Source: an uncultured Candidatus Rokubacteria bacterium
GTDB taxonomy: Bacteria; Methylomirabilota; Methylomirabilia; Rokubacteriales; CSP1-6
Assembly (NCBI GenBank): GCA_963762145.1
Contig: CAVXJS010000007.1
Location: 160,001 to 224,000, forward strand
Length of the DNA stretch: 64,000 bases
Direction: 5' to 3'
Part shown: positions 20,904 to 30,836 of the stretch, piece by piece
How the letters are laid out: every line of letters starts with the position of its first letter
Numbering within the stretch: position 1 is the first letter of the stretch
Notes under the pieces: generated by a model
The model's input: only the letters and a program-made list of their open reading frames with translations
The model's database searches: none
Told to the model about the DNA's origin: nothing
Translations under genes and position numbers: made by a program

Positions 20904-21596
20904 GTGGTCGTCCGCGCGCACGGGCTCACCAAGACGTTCCGCGGTCCCGACGGTCGGCCGGTCCCGGTGCTCCACGGCGTGGACGTGGAGGTGAAGCCGG
21001 CCGAGTTCGTGGCGGTGGCGGGCCCGTCGGGCTGCGGGAAATCCACCCTGCTCAACCTGCTCGGCCTGCTCGAGCCGCTCGACGCGGGCGAGATCTGGCT
21101 CGACGACGTGCGCGTGAGCGCGCTCTCGCGCCGCGCCCAGTGCGGGGTGCGCGGCCGCTCGATCGGCTACGTGTTCCAGTCGTTCCTGCTGATCGCCGGG
21201 CTCACCGCGCTCGAGAACGTGCTGCTCGCCGCGCGCTACGTGGGGCGCCCGCGGCCGACGGCGCTGGCGGAGGCGCGCGGGCTCATGGACCGCCTCGGGG
21301 TCGCCCATCGCGCCGATCACTATCCGGCGCAGCTCTCGGGAGGCGAGCAGCAGCGGGTGGCCTACTGCCGGGCGGTCCTCAACGCGCCGCCGCTGGTGCT
21401 GGCCGACGAGCCGACCGGCAACCTGGACGAAGGCCACGCCGCGGTGATCCTGGCCGAGCTGCGCGCGCTCTGCCGGGAGCGCGGGACCTCGGTCATCCTC
21501 GTCACCCACCGGGCCGACGCGGCCGCGCGCGCGGACCGCGCGCTCCATCTGCGCGCGGGCCGGCTCGAATCGCAAGGAGGCGACGGGCACTCATGA
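20904..21596 (+). CDS. ABC transporter ATPase (LolD/MacB type)
   Basis: GPSGCGKS, LSGGEQQR, LADEPTGNLD. Confidence 0.93.
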   Translation: MVVRAHGLTKTFRGPDGRPVPVLHGVDVEVKPAEFVAVAGPSGCGKSTLLNLLGLLEPLDAGEIWLDDVRVSALSRRAQCGVRGRSIGYVFQSFLLIAGLTALENVLLAARYVGRPRPTALAEARGLMDRLGVAHRADHYPAQLSGGEQQRVAYCRAVLNAPPLVLADEPTGNLDEGHAAVILAELRALCRERGTSVILVTHRADAAARADRALHLRAGRLESQGGDGHS

Positions 21597-21612
21597 TCGG
21601 CCTCAGCCTCTA

Positions 21613-23436
21613 GTGGGGCGTCGTGGCGGCGCGGGGTTCGCCGTCTGCTTGGTCGTGGCTCTGGCCGTCGTGCTGCTGGCTCCGGGCCTCGGCCGTGCCC
21701 CCTTCGACGACCCCGGCGAGGGCCAGCACGCCGAGATCGCCCGGGAGCTGCTGGGGGGCAGCTGGCTCACGCTTCGGCTGAACGGCGTGCGCTACTTCGA
21801 CAAGCCGCCGCTGCTCTACTGGCTGACCGGCGCCTCGTTCCACCTCTTCGGCTTCACCGAGGGTGCGGCGCGCCTGGCGCCGCTGCTCGGCGCGCTGCTC
21901 GCCGTCGCGGCGACGACGCTGCTGGGTGTGCGCCTACTGGGTGTGAGTGGGGGTGTGCTCGCCGGCCTCGCGCTGCTGTCCTGCGCGCTGTTCGTGGCGT
22001 TCGGGCGGTACGTGAGGCCGGAGAGCTTGTTCGTGGCCTCTATTGCCTGGGGGTTTGCGGGGCTGCTGATGGCGGGTACTCGTTTAGTTCCTCAGGCTCT
22101 TCATATGCGGGGGCCCAGAAATGGCCCCCGCACTCCCCCATTGGCGGACACTCGTTTCGGCGCGGTCTGGCCGGTCGTCGGCTGCACCGCGCTGGGGATG
22201 GCGGCGCTGGCGAAGGATCCGTTGGGGCTGCTCGGGCCGCTCGGGGCCATCGCGATCGCGGCGGCGCTGGCGGGGCGCTTCCGGCCGGTGCGCGCGTGGC
22301 TGCCGCCCGTCGGGGTCGCGCTCATGGTCGCCATCGGCCTCGGCTGGTACGCGGTGGCCGCGGTGACCGAGCCCGCGTTCCTCTGGTACACGGTGGTGGA
22401 CAACCACGTGCTGAATGTCGCGCGGATGCGGGAGTTCCCCGACGAGGACGTGCCGCTCTCCGCGCTGGAGTTCCTGGCCGCGGCCGGCTTCGGGGCGTTC
22501 CCGTGGATCCTGGCCGCGCTGGTGGCGGTGGGCACGCTCGTTCGTGCGCGGGCCTGGCGCGATCCCGCGGAGCTGCCGTGGGTGGCTCTCGCGGTGTGGG
22601 CGGTGGGCGTGCTGGCCCTCTTCACGGTCTCGCCGTTCAAGCTGCCCCATTACGGCCTGCCCGCCTATCCCGCGCTGGCGTTGCTCGCGGCGCGCGCGTG
22701 GCGCGACGTGGCGCCGCGCCCGCGCCGCCTCATCGCGGCGCACCTCGCGCTCTTCCTGCTCGCGGGAGCGGGCTGCGCGTGGGCCGCCGCGGGCGATGGG
22801 CAGGCCTTCACGGAGGCGGTGTTCGGCGTCTCCGACGTGTACTCGCGCAAGGAGGCGGCGCTCGGGCAAGCGTCGCCCTATCCCGCGTGGTCGTCGCTGC
22901 AGCCGCTGGTGGCGTGGGCCGCGGTGGTGCTGCTCGCGGGCGCGGCGGTGCTGGCCATCGCGGCGGCGCGGCGCTCCGCGCGCGTGGGCGCGTGGACGGT
23001 GGCGGGGGTGATGCTCCTGCTGGTCCCGACGGTGGCGACCGGCCTCGCGCTGACGTCCTCGGCGCGCGCGGTCACGGTGATGGCGGCGGAGATCCGGGCG
23101 CGGCTCGGGCCCGGCGACCTGCTCGTGCTGGAAGGGCCCATCGAGAACGCGGGCGCGGTGGAATTCTACTCCGGGCATCGGCCGGTCCTCCTGGACGCGG
23201 AGCGCAGCGTCCTCGGCATCGGCGCCACCTTCGCCGACGCGGCCGGGACCTTCTGGAGCGCCCCGCGCTTTGCGGAAGCCTGGGCGTCGCCCCGGCCGCC
23301 CTATCTGCTGACCACGCGCGAGCCCGCGCAGAGCGTCGTGGCCTCGCTCCCCCCGCGGAGCGCCCGCCTGCTCTTCGCCCACAACGGCCGCTGGCTCTAC
23401 GGCCGGGCCCCCGCCACGGATCCGGGCTCGCGCTGA
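21613..23436 (+). CDS. ArnT/PMT-like GT-C glycosyltransferase with an in-frame 24-codon insertion
   Basis: DPGEGQHAEIARE, YFDKPPLLYW, LAKDPLG, KLPHY; many TM helices. Confidence 0.85.
   Translation: MGRRGGAGFAVCLVVALAVVLLAPGLGRAPFDDPGEGQHAEIARELLGGSWLTLRLNGVRYFDKPPLLYWLTGASFHLFGFTEGAARLAPLLGALLAVAATTLLGVRLLGVSGGVLAGLALLSCALFVAFGRYVRPESLFVASIAWGFAGLLMAGTRLVPQALHMRGPRNGPRTPPLADTRFGAVWPVVGCTALGMAALAKDPLGLLGPLGAIAIAAALAGRFRPVRAWLPPVGVALMVAIGLGWYAVAAVTEPAFLWYTVVDNHVLNVARMREFPDEDVPLSALEFLAAAGFGAFPWILAALVAVGTLVRARAWRDPAELPWVALAVWAVGVLALFTVSPFKLPHYGLPAYPALALLAARAWRDVAPRPRRLIAAHLALFLLAGAGCAWAAAGDGQAFTEAVFGVSDVYSRKEAALGQASPYPAWSSLQPLVAWAAVVLLAGAAVLAIAAARRSARVGAWTVAGVMLLLVPTVATGLALTSSARAVTVMAAEIRARLGPGDLLVLEGPIENAGAVEFYSGHRPVLLDAERSVLGIGATFADAAGTFWSAPRFAEAWASPRPPYLLTTREPAQSVVASLPPRSARLLFAHNGRWLYGRAPATDPGSR
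22070..22157 (-). repeat. Hairpin element family A, copy 2 (22102-22139), bracketed by a 16-bp degenerate direct repeat
   Basis: 38-nt exact reverse complement of 13840-13877; tggcgggtactcgttt (22070) / tggcggacactcgttt (22142), spacing 72 nt. Confidence 0.9.
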
Positions 23437-24053
23437 TGCTGACCAATCTGATCATCCAGTTCAGCTATCCGGGCGTGTTCCTGGTCCTCCTCGCCACCGG
23501 TCTGGGGCTCCCGATCCCGGAAGAGCTGCCGATCGTCATCGCGGCCATGATGTCGCGCTGGCAGGTGATGCACTGGTGGGGCGCGCTGCTGTCCTGCCTG
23601 GGCGGCGTGCTCGCCGGCGACATGCTGCTCTACTGGGTGGGCCGGCACTTCGGCCGGCGCATCCTCGAGTGGCCGGCCGCGCGACGCATCCTGACGCCGG
23701 AGCGCGAGGCCCGCGTGATGGACGCCTACCACCGCCACGGCCTCAAGTTCGTGATCATGGCCCGGCTCGTCATGGGCCTGCGCGCGGCCGCCTTCCTGAC
23801 CGCGGGGCTGGTCCGGGTTCCGTTTCCCCGCTTCCTCCTGGTGGACGTGGCCGCGGTGCTGCTGAGCGTGCCGCTGGCCTTCGGCCTGGCCTACGCGGTG
23901 GCGGACTCGGTGGCGGTCGCGCTGGCTTACGTGCACGAGATGCAGCTCTGGATCGGCGGAGCGGTCCTGCTCATCGCGGCGGTGTGGCTCCTCGTTGTGG
24001 TGTGGAGGCGCCGGCGTCGGGGCCGGCCGCCGGGCACGCGCGGGGCCCTGTGA
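23436..24053 (+). CDS. DedA family membrane protein
   Basis: GLPIPEE, GDMLLYWVGR, ARLVMGLR; TGATG overlap. Confidence 0.88.
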   Translation: MLTNLIIQFSYPGVFLVLLATGLGLPIPEELPIVIAAMMSRWQVMHWWGALLSCLGGVLAGDMLLYWVGRHFGRRILEWPAARRILTPEREARVMDAYHRHGLKFVIMARLVMGLRAAAFLTAGLVRVPFPRFLLVDVAAVLLSVPLAFGLAYAVADSVAVALAYVHEMQLWIGGAVLLIAAVWLLVVVWRRRRRGRPPGTRGAL

Positions 24054-24068
24054 TATCGTGAGCCCAAC

Positions 24069-25499
24069 GTGACCGACTACCTGCGCACGCTGTTTCTCCA
24101 TCCCCCCGCGGTGGCCGGCTTCGACGGTGGCGCGGGCTCGCGCTATCAGGCCAAGCGCGAGGTCCGCTCATTCTGGTACCCGACCTGGCTGGCCCAGCCC
24201 GCCGCGCTGGTGCCGGGCTCCCGCCTGGTTGACGCCCCGCCGGACGGTCTCACGGTGGACGACGTGCGGCCGCTCGCGAAGCAGTACGACCTCTGCGTCA
24301 TGCACACCAGCACGCCCTCGTTCGCCTCGGACGTGCGCGTGGCCGAGACGCTCAAGGCCGAGAACCCCGCGCTCGTCATCGGGCTCGTGGGGGCCGCGGT
24401 GGCGGTCGCCCCGGCGACCTCGCTCCAGGCGAGCGCGGCGCTGTCGTTCGTGGCCCGGAACGAGTTCGACTTCACGATCCAGGAGGTGGCCCAGGGCCGT
24501 CGCTTCGCCGACGTCACCGGGCTGTCCTACCGGCTCAACGGCCACGTGGAGCACACGCCGGAGCGCCCGACGCTCGAGAACATGGACGCGCTGCCCTTCG
24601 TGACCCCGGTCTACAAGCGCGACCTCACCGTCGAGCACTACGCCATCGGCTACCTCCAGCACCCCTACGTCTCGCTCTACACCGGTCGCGGCTGCCGCTC
24701 GAAGTGCACGTTCTGCCTCTGGCCGCAGACGGTGGGCGGGCAGCGGTACCGCACCCGCAGCCCCGACCACGTGGCCGAGGAGATGGCGCAGGCGGCCCGG
24801 ATGTTCCCGCAGGTGCGCGAGTTCTTCTTCGACGACGACACGTTCACCGACGATCTGCCGCGCGCGGAGGCGATCGCGAAGCGGCTCGGCCCGCTCGGCA
24901 TCACCTGGTCGGTCAACGCCAAGGCCAACGTGCCCTACGCGACGCTCAAGGTGCTCCGGGACAACGGGCTCCGGCTCCTCCTGGTGGGCTACGAGTCCGG
25001 CAACCAGGCCATTCTCAACAACGTGAGGAAGGGCGTGCGCCTCGACGTCGCGCGGCGCTTCACCCGCGACGCCCGGTCGCTCGGCATCGCCATCCACGGC
25101 ACCTTCATCCTGGGCCTGCCCGGCGAGACGCGGGAGACCATCGCGGAGACCATCCGGTTCGCCACCGAGATCGATCCGGGCACCATCCAGGTCTCGCTGG
25201 CCGCGCCGTACCCGGGCACCGCGCTCTACGAGGAGGCGCAGCGCAACGGCTGGCTCGAATCCGACGAGCTGGTGGACGGTGCCGGGGTGCAGGTGAGCGC
25301 GATCGGGTACCCGCACCTCTCGCGCACCGAGATCTTCCGCTCGGTGGACCAGTTCTATCGCCGCTTCTACTTCCGCCCGCGCAAGATGCTCTCCCTCGGC
25401 GCCGAGATGCTCCGTGACCGCCAGGTCATGAAGCGCCGCCTCTCCGAGGGCCGCGACTTTCTCAAGTTCCTGCGCTCGCACCGGAGCCCCTCACCCTAA
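24069..25499 (+). CDS. hpnJ: Hopanoid-associated radical SAM protein HpnJ-like
   Basis: FDGGAGSRYQAKRE.SFWYPTWLAQPAA; GRGCRSKCTFCLWPQT (CxxxCxxC). Confidence 0.88.
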   Translation: MTDYLRTLFLHPPAVAGFDGGAGSRYQAKREVRSFWYPTWLAQPAALVPGSRLVDAPPDGLTVDDVRPLAKQYDLCVMHTSTPSFASDVRVAETLKAENPALVIGLVGAAVAVAPATSLQASAALSFVARNEFDFTIQEVAQGRRFADVTGLSYRLNGHVEHTPERPTLENMDALPFVTPVYKRDLTVEHYAIGYLQHPYVSLYTGRGCRSKCTFCLWPQTVGGQRYRTRSPDHVAEEMAQAARMFPQVREFFFDDDTFTDDLPRAEAIAKRLGPLGITWSVNAKANVPYATLKVLRDNGLRLLLVGYESGNQAILNNVRKGVRLDVARRFTRDARSLGIAIHGTFILGLPGETRETIAETIRFATEIDPGTIQVSLAAPYPGTALYEEAQRNGWLESDELVDGAGVQVSAIGYPHLSRTEIFRSVDQFYRRFYFRPRKMLSLGAEMLRDRQVMKRRLSEGRDFLKFLRSHRSPSP

Positions 25500-25535
25500 C
25501 CCTCTCCCCTCCGGGGAGAGGGCAGGGTGAGGGGC
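25486..25535. repeat. CCCTCTCCC-type REP palindrome, family D copy 1; supplies the hpnJ stop codon
   Basis: gcccctcaccctaaccctctcccc-tcc-ggggagagggcagggtgaggggc. Confidence 0.88.
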
Positions 25536-25554
25536 GTGCTAGCATGTTTATGTG

Positions 25555-27149
25555 ATGAAAGTGCTCGTCATCGACACGATCGCGCCGGAAGGCATCGCCT
25601 ATCTGGCCGAGCGCGGATTCCAGGTGGACCAGGTCTCGAGCAAGCTGCCCAAGGGCGAGCTGTACGCGCGGCTCGGCGACTACGAGGCGATCATCACGCG
25701 CTCCTCGACCGCGGTGACGTCGGAGTTCCTGGGCCGGGCGCGGCGGCTGCGCATCCTGGGTCGCGCCGGGGTCGGCGTGGACAACATCGACGTCGACGCG
25801 TGCTCGCGCCAGGGCGTGGTGGTGGTCAACGCGCCCTACGGCAACGTGGTCTCCGCCGCCGAGCACACCGTGGGCATGCTGCTCGCGCTGGTCCGCAAGA
25901 TCCCGGCCGCCAACGACTCGCTCAAGCGGCTCCGATGGGACCGGGGCATCTACGGCTCCGAGCTCTATCGCAAGACGGCGGGGGTGCTCGGGCTCGGCAA
26001 GGTCGGCTCGCGCGTGGCGGCCCGGCTGCGCGCCTTCGACATGGAGGTCCTCGTCTACGATCCGTACATCCCGGAGAGCCGCGCGCGCGACCTCGGCGTG
26101 CGGCTGACCGACCTGCGGACCGTGCTAGCCGGGCCGACGTCATCACCGTGCACGTGCCGCTCTCCGACGAGACCGAGAACATGATCGGGGCGCGCGAGCT
26201 CGCCGCGCTCAAACCGGGCGCGCGCATCGTCAACTGCGCGCGCGGCGGCATCGTCAACGAGGCGGACTTGCTGGCCGCGCTCGACTCGGGCCACGTGGCG
26301 GGCGCCGCGGTCGACGTGTGGAGCGAGGAGCCGCCGGAGTCGCCCGCGGTCAAGCGCCTGATCGCGCATCCGCGGGTGGTGGTCACGCCGCACCTCGGCG
26401 CCAACACCCAGGAGGCGCAGGTCAACGTGGCGGTCGACGTGGCGCGGCAGCTCGTGGCCTTCCGCGACGGCGAGCTGGTCGAGCACGCGGTCAACATCCC
26501 GGTGGGCGACCGGGAGACCATGGCCGAGCAGCGGCCCGTTCCTGCGCCTGGCGGAGATGCTCGGGCGGTTCTGCGTGCAGCTCGAGCCGGACAACGTCGA
26601 GCGCGTGGAGGTGGTGGTCGCCGGCCAGGTCGCCCGGTGCGACCCCGAGCTGATCGCCCGCGCGGTGCTGAAGGGCCTGCTCGAACCCGTGACCGCGCAG
26701 GCCGTCAATCTCGTCAACGCGCACCTGGTCGCGCGGGAGCGCGGCCTCGAGATCGCCGTGCACACCGACGAGGAGGCCGGCTCCGGCTACACCAACCTGA
26801 TCACGGTCACGACCCAGGCGGGCGACGGCGAGGAAGATCATCGCGGGCACGGTGTTCGACGGCGTCCCGCGCATCGTCCGGCTGAAGGATCTGCACATCG
26901 AGTTCATTCCCGAGGGGCATATCCTCGTGCTCTCCTACGAGGACCGGCCCGGCATGGTGGGCAAGATCGGCTCCATCCTCGGCCGCCACAACGTCAACAT
27001 CGCCTCCATGCACGTGGGGCGCCGCACCAAGCGGGGCCGCGCCATCGTCGTGCTGCTGCTCGACGAGGACGTCGCCCACGAGGTGCATGGAGGAGGTCGA
27101 AAAGAGCGTGGAGGCCGATTTCGCGCGCATCGTCCGGTTGGGCCCGTGA
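25555..27149 (+). CDS. serA: D-3-phosphoglycerate dehydrogenase (several apparent indels)
   Basis: GRAGVGVDNID, GLGKVG, NCARGG, TPHLGANT, C-terminal ACT domain DRPGMVGKIG. Confidence 0.9.
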
Positions 27150-27552
27150 GGCCCGCGCCTCCGGATGCCGAGGCGCGCGGGTTCGTGACGCGGCCGTGGG
27201 GCGGGTTCGTGACGATCGAGGAGGGCCCCGGGTACAAGGTCAAGCGGCTCGTCGTGGAGCCCGGCGCGCGGCTGAGCCTGCAGCGGCATCGGCTTCGCGC
27301 CGAGAGCTGGATCGTGGTCAGCGGCGCCCCGCGCGTGATCGTCTCGGGGCGCGCCGGCGGGTCCGGGCACGGGACGTGGTCGACGTCCCGCGCGGCGCGT
27401 GGCACCGCATCGAGAACCCCGGCCGCGTGCCGGTGGTCATCATCGAGGTCCAGCACGGGCCGTATCTCGGCGAGGACGACATCATCCGCCGCCAGGACGA
27501 CTACGGCCGCGCCGGTACGGCCAAGCCCGGCCCGAAGCGACGCAAGGCGTAG
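27146..27552 (+). CDS. Cupin, mannose-6-phosphate isomerase type II C-terminal-like (one indel)
   Basis: RPWG, LSLQRH, WHRIENPG, IEVQHGPYLGEDDIIR. Confidence 0.85.
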
Positions 27553-27595
27553 AGAGGCAGGAGTGTCCGCCCACCTGCGGTTGCCCGACCGGCGC

Positions 27596-27642
27596 GCCGC
27601 AGTGGCCCGGCGAGGCGCAGCCGAAGGCGAGCCGAGCGGATA
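27596..27642 (+). repeat. Mini-hairpin element family B, copy 1
   Basis: gccgcagtggcccggcgaggcgcagccgaaggcgagccgagcggata; 43/47 identical to 46308-46354. Confidence 0.85.
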
Positions 27643-27699
27643 AATAAAGCATCTCACGGCAGCAGCCCACAGCGGAAAGCCCCGACCCCATCAACCTCA

Positions 27700-27740
27700 C
27701 CCCTCACCCTGCCCTCTCCCCTGAGGGGAGAGGGGGAGAT
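27700..27740. repeat. CCCTCTCCC-type REP palindrome, family D copy 2
   Basis: cccctcaccctgccctctcccctgaggggagagggggagat. Confidence 0.85.
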
Positions 27741-27752
27741 ACGGAGCCAGCG

Positions 27753-28109
27753 ATGCCCATCAAGACCCGCTACCTGTTCAGCGCCGCCATGGACGTCGAC
27801 CCCGCCCAGGAGCGCCTCTTCAACGAGGTCTACGACCAGGAGCACGTGCCGAGCCTGCTCACCGTGCCGGGGGTCGTCGCGGTGTCGCGCTACGAGATGC
27901 AGCCGCTCACGATGAGCATCGGCGGGCAGCTCAAGACTATCGTGATCGAGGGCGCGCCAAAGTACAGTGCGCTCTATGAAATCGAGACGCCCGACGTGCT
28001 GGTGACGGAGGCGTGGGCCAAGGCCGTCGAGAAGGGGCGCTGGCCGGCCCAGGTGCGGCCGCACACGCGCAACCGGCAGCATATCCTCTACCGGCGCCTC
28101 GGCGCCTAG
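27753..28109 (+). CDS. Dimeric alpha-beta barrel (EthD/DUF4286-like) protein
   Basis: FNEVYDQEHVPSLLTVPGV, YSALYEI. Confidence 0.7.
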   Translation: MPIKTRYLFSAAMDVDPAQERLFNEVYDQEHVPSLLTVPGVVAVSRYEMQPLTMSIGGQLKTIVIEGAPKYSALYEIETPDVLVTEAWAKAVEKGRWPAQVRPHTRNRQHILYRRLGA

Positions 28110-28117
28110 CCGCCGGA

Positions 28118-28765
28118 TCAGCGCATCAAGCTCGAGATGTGGAGGTAGAGCGCTAGGAGCCCCAGGTACTCGTGCAGCACGGATTCGCTACAGCGGCGGA
28201 GGCGCCACCAGGGGTCGGCGGCGGTGCAGTCGTCGGGCACCGTCGCCAGCGCGGCCCTCGATGGCGCCGCCGCTCTCGCGCCGCCAGATGAGCTGGACGC
28301 GGCGGCCGTGGAACGGGCTCGTGACCAGGATCAGCCGGCGCCAGCCGCGGTCCCGGGCCGCCGCGGCCACCGCGCGCAGCTCCGTCTCGGTGATCTCCAC
28401 CGGCTGGTCGAGGATGAGGATGGCGTCCCGGGGCACGCCGTATCGCTCCAGGGCGGCGACCGATTCGCCCTGGAAGTCGAGCCGGCGGACCCCCATGTCG
28501 ATGAGCCGCTGGACACGCCCGGGCACGAACTGGCGCGAGACCAGCAGCCCGCAGGGGCCCAGCCGCTTCGGAAGAGCTCTGCCGCCGTCTCCTCCCGGCT
28601 GGGGGTGCTGCCGGCCACCACCACGATCGCGTCGGCCCGCTCGCGCGGATCGTCGACCACGAGGACCTGGCCGGTCGCGCGCAGCAGGGGACGGTGGGCG
28701 AGGGCGCCCAGGCCCGCGACCGCGAGCAGGACGATCAGCGTCACCCGGACCGTGCGACGGGTCAC
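28118..28765 (-). CDS. YdcF/DUF218 family protein (apparent indels)
   Basis: ADAIVVVAG, GVPRDAI, TETE, LILVTSPFHGRR, LHEYLGL. Confidence 0.78.
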
Positions 28766-28852
28766 CGGCGGGGCCCGCGCGGCGCCCGCGCTTCCAAAAA
28801 CTTGGGGCCTCCACCCCACGGACGGTACGATGACGGCCAGGAGGTACTACCC

Positions 28853-29266
28853 ATGAGACGTTTCGTCGTCCTGTCCCTGATTGTTTTCGCGCTGACTGCG
28901 TGCGCGTCGTCGGCGCCCAAGCTGCAGCGCAGCGAGTTCGAGGACATCCCGGTGCCCAAGGGCCTCGCGCTGGACTCGAACCAGCTCCACCATCATCGAG
29001 TCGCCGCACGGTGAAGGCGGCCCGCTCTTCTACAAGGGCCGCATCGAGCCGGACAGCCTGTCGGCTCGCGTTCCGCACGACGCTCGAGGCCAACGGCTGG
29101 AGGCACCTCTCGTCGACGACCGCGTCCGACAAGGGCACCACGCAGGTGTACGAGAAGGCCGGCAGCTCGCTCCAGGTCCTGATCTACGAGAGCTGGTACT
29201 ACACCTGGGTCGAGATGTCGGCGACGCGGATGGTGCGGGCAGGCGTCGGCGCAGCTCAAGCCGTAG
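28853..29266 (+). CDS. Lipoprotein of unknown function (apparent indels)
   Basis: MRRFVVLSLIVFALTAC lipobox; EFEDIPVPKG...LEANGW; AGGAGG RBS. Confidence 0.7.
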
Positions 29267-29293
29267 TTCCGGCGCCACGGCGGCGGCGCCCGC

Positions 29294-30821
29294 TCAGGGG
29301 CGCCGCCAGCGTCGCCCGCTGCGCTCGATGAGCGTGTCGGCCTCGTCCGGGCCCCAGGTGCCCGCCTCGTAGGTCGGGAACTTGCGCGGTCGCCCGTGCG
29401 CCCAGCGCGTCGAGCACGGGTGAGAGCAGCTCCCACGCCAGCGTCGACCCAGTCGCCGCGCGCGTAGAGCGTGGCGTCGCCCTTCATCGCGTCGAGCAGC
29501 AGGCGCTCGTAGGCCTCGGGCGGCTCGCCGCCGAAGGCCTGGCCGTAGTCGAAGTCCATCTCCACCGGACTTGATCCGCAGCTCGCGGCCCGGGCAGCTT
29601 GGCGCCGAAGCGACAGCGACATGCCCTCGTCGGGCTGGATGCGGAGGACGAGCAGGTTGGGCTCGGCGAGGATGCTCGGGATTGCGCCGGAAGACGAGGT
29701 GCGGCGTGCGCTTGAACTGCACCGCGATCTCGCTCGCGCGCTTGGGCAGGCGCTTGCCGGTGCGCAGGTAGAACGGCACGCCCGCCCACCGCCAGTTGTC
29801 GACGGTCGAGCTCGGAGCGCGGCGTAGGTCTCGGTGATCGACTCGCGGCGAGACGCCCTGCTCCTCGCGATAGCCGCGCACGCGGCTGGCCGCCGACGAA
29901 GCCGGGGCCGTACTGGCCGCGCACGGCGACGCGGTCCACGTCGTCGGCCGGGATGGGTCGGATCGCGCGCATGACCTTGATCTTCTCGTCGCGCACCGGG
30001 ATCGGCGTCGAAGGTCACCGGCGGCTCCATCGCGACCAGGCAGAGGAGCTGCAGGATGTGGTTCTGGATCATGTCGCGCAGCGCGCCGGACTCCTCGTAG
30101 TAGGCGCCGCGCGCCTCGACGCCGATGCGTCTCGCCGACCGTGATCTGCACGTGGTCGACGTGATTCCGGTTCCACAGCGGCTCGAAGATGCCGTTGGCG
30201 AAGCGGAACACGAGGATGTTCTGGACCGTCTCCTTGCCGAGGTAGTGGTCGATCCGGTAGACCTGGTCCTCGCTGCACGCCGAGGCCACGACCTGGTTGA
30301 GCGCCCGCGACGAGGCGAGGTCGCGGCCGAACGGCTTCTCGATGACGATGCGCACCCAGCCCTGGCTGCCCGTCCGGCGCGCGGTTGAGGCCCGCCTCGC
30401 CGAGCCTGCGTGACGAGGTGCGGGTAGAGCGACGGGCGGCGTCGACGACGTAGAAGAGCCGGTTGCCGCCGGTGCCGCGCTCGCTGCTCGACGCCGCGCA
30501 CGTAGGCGTCGAGGCCCGGGTACATCGCGGCGTCGGCGGGATCGCCGGCATAGTAGAAGAGGGCCTGCGCGAAGCGATCCCACACCCGGGTCGACGGCGG
30601 CTGCACGCGCGCGAAGTCGGTGATGGCCTCGCGCATGCGGGCGCGGAACTGCTCGTTGTCATCTCGGTGCGCGCCGACGCCGACCACCGCGAACGGCTCG
30701 GGGAGCACGCGGCTCTGGAACATCGACCAGAGGGCGGGGACGAGCTTGCGGCTTGCGTCAGGTCCCCGGAGGCGCCGAAGATGACCAGGACGCAGGATTC
30801 GTCCGCGGACGGGCTTGCCAT
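29294..30821 (-). CDS. zwf: Glucose-6-phosphate 1-dehydrogenase (multiple apparent indels)
   Basis: [54 protein letters not shown]. Confidence 0.92.
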
Positions 30822-30836
30822 CGGGAGACTCGCTCG

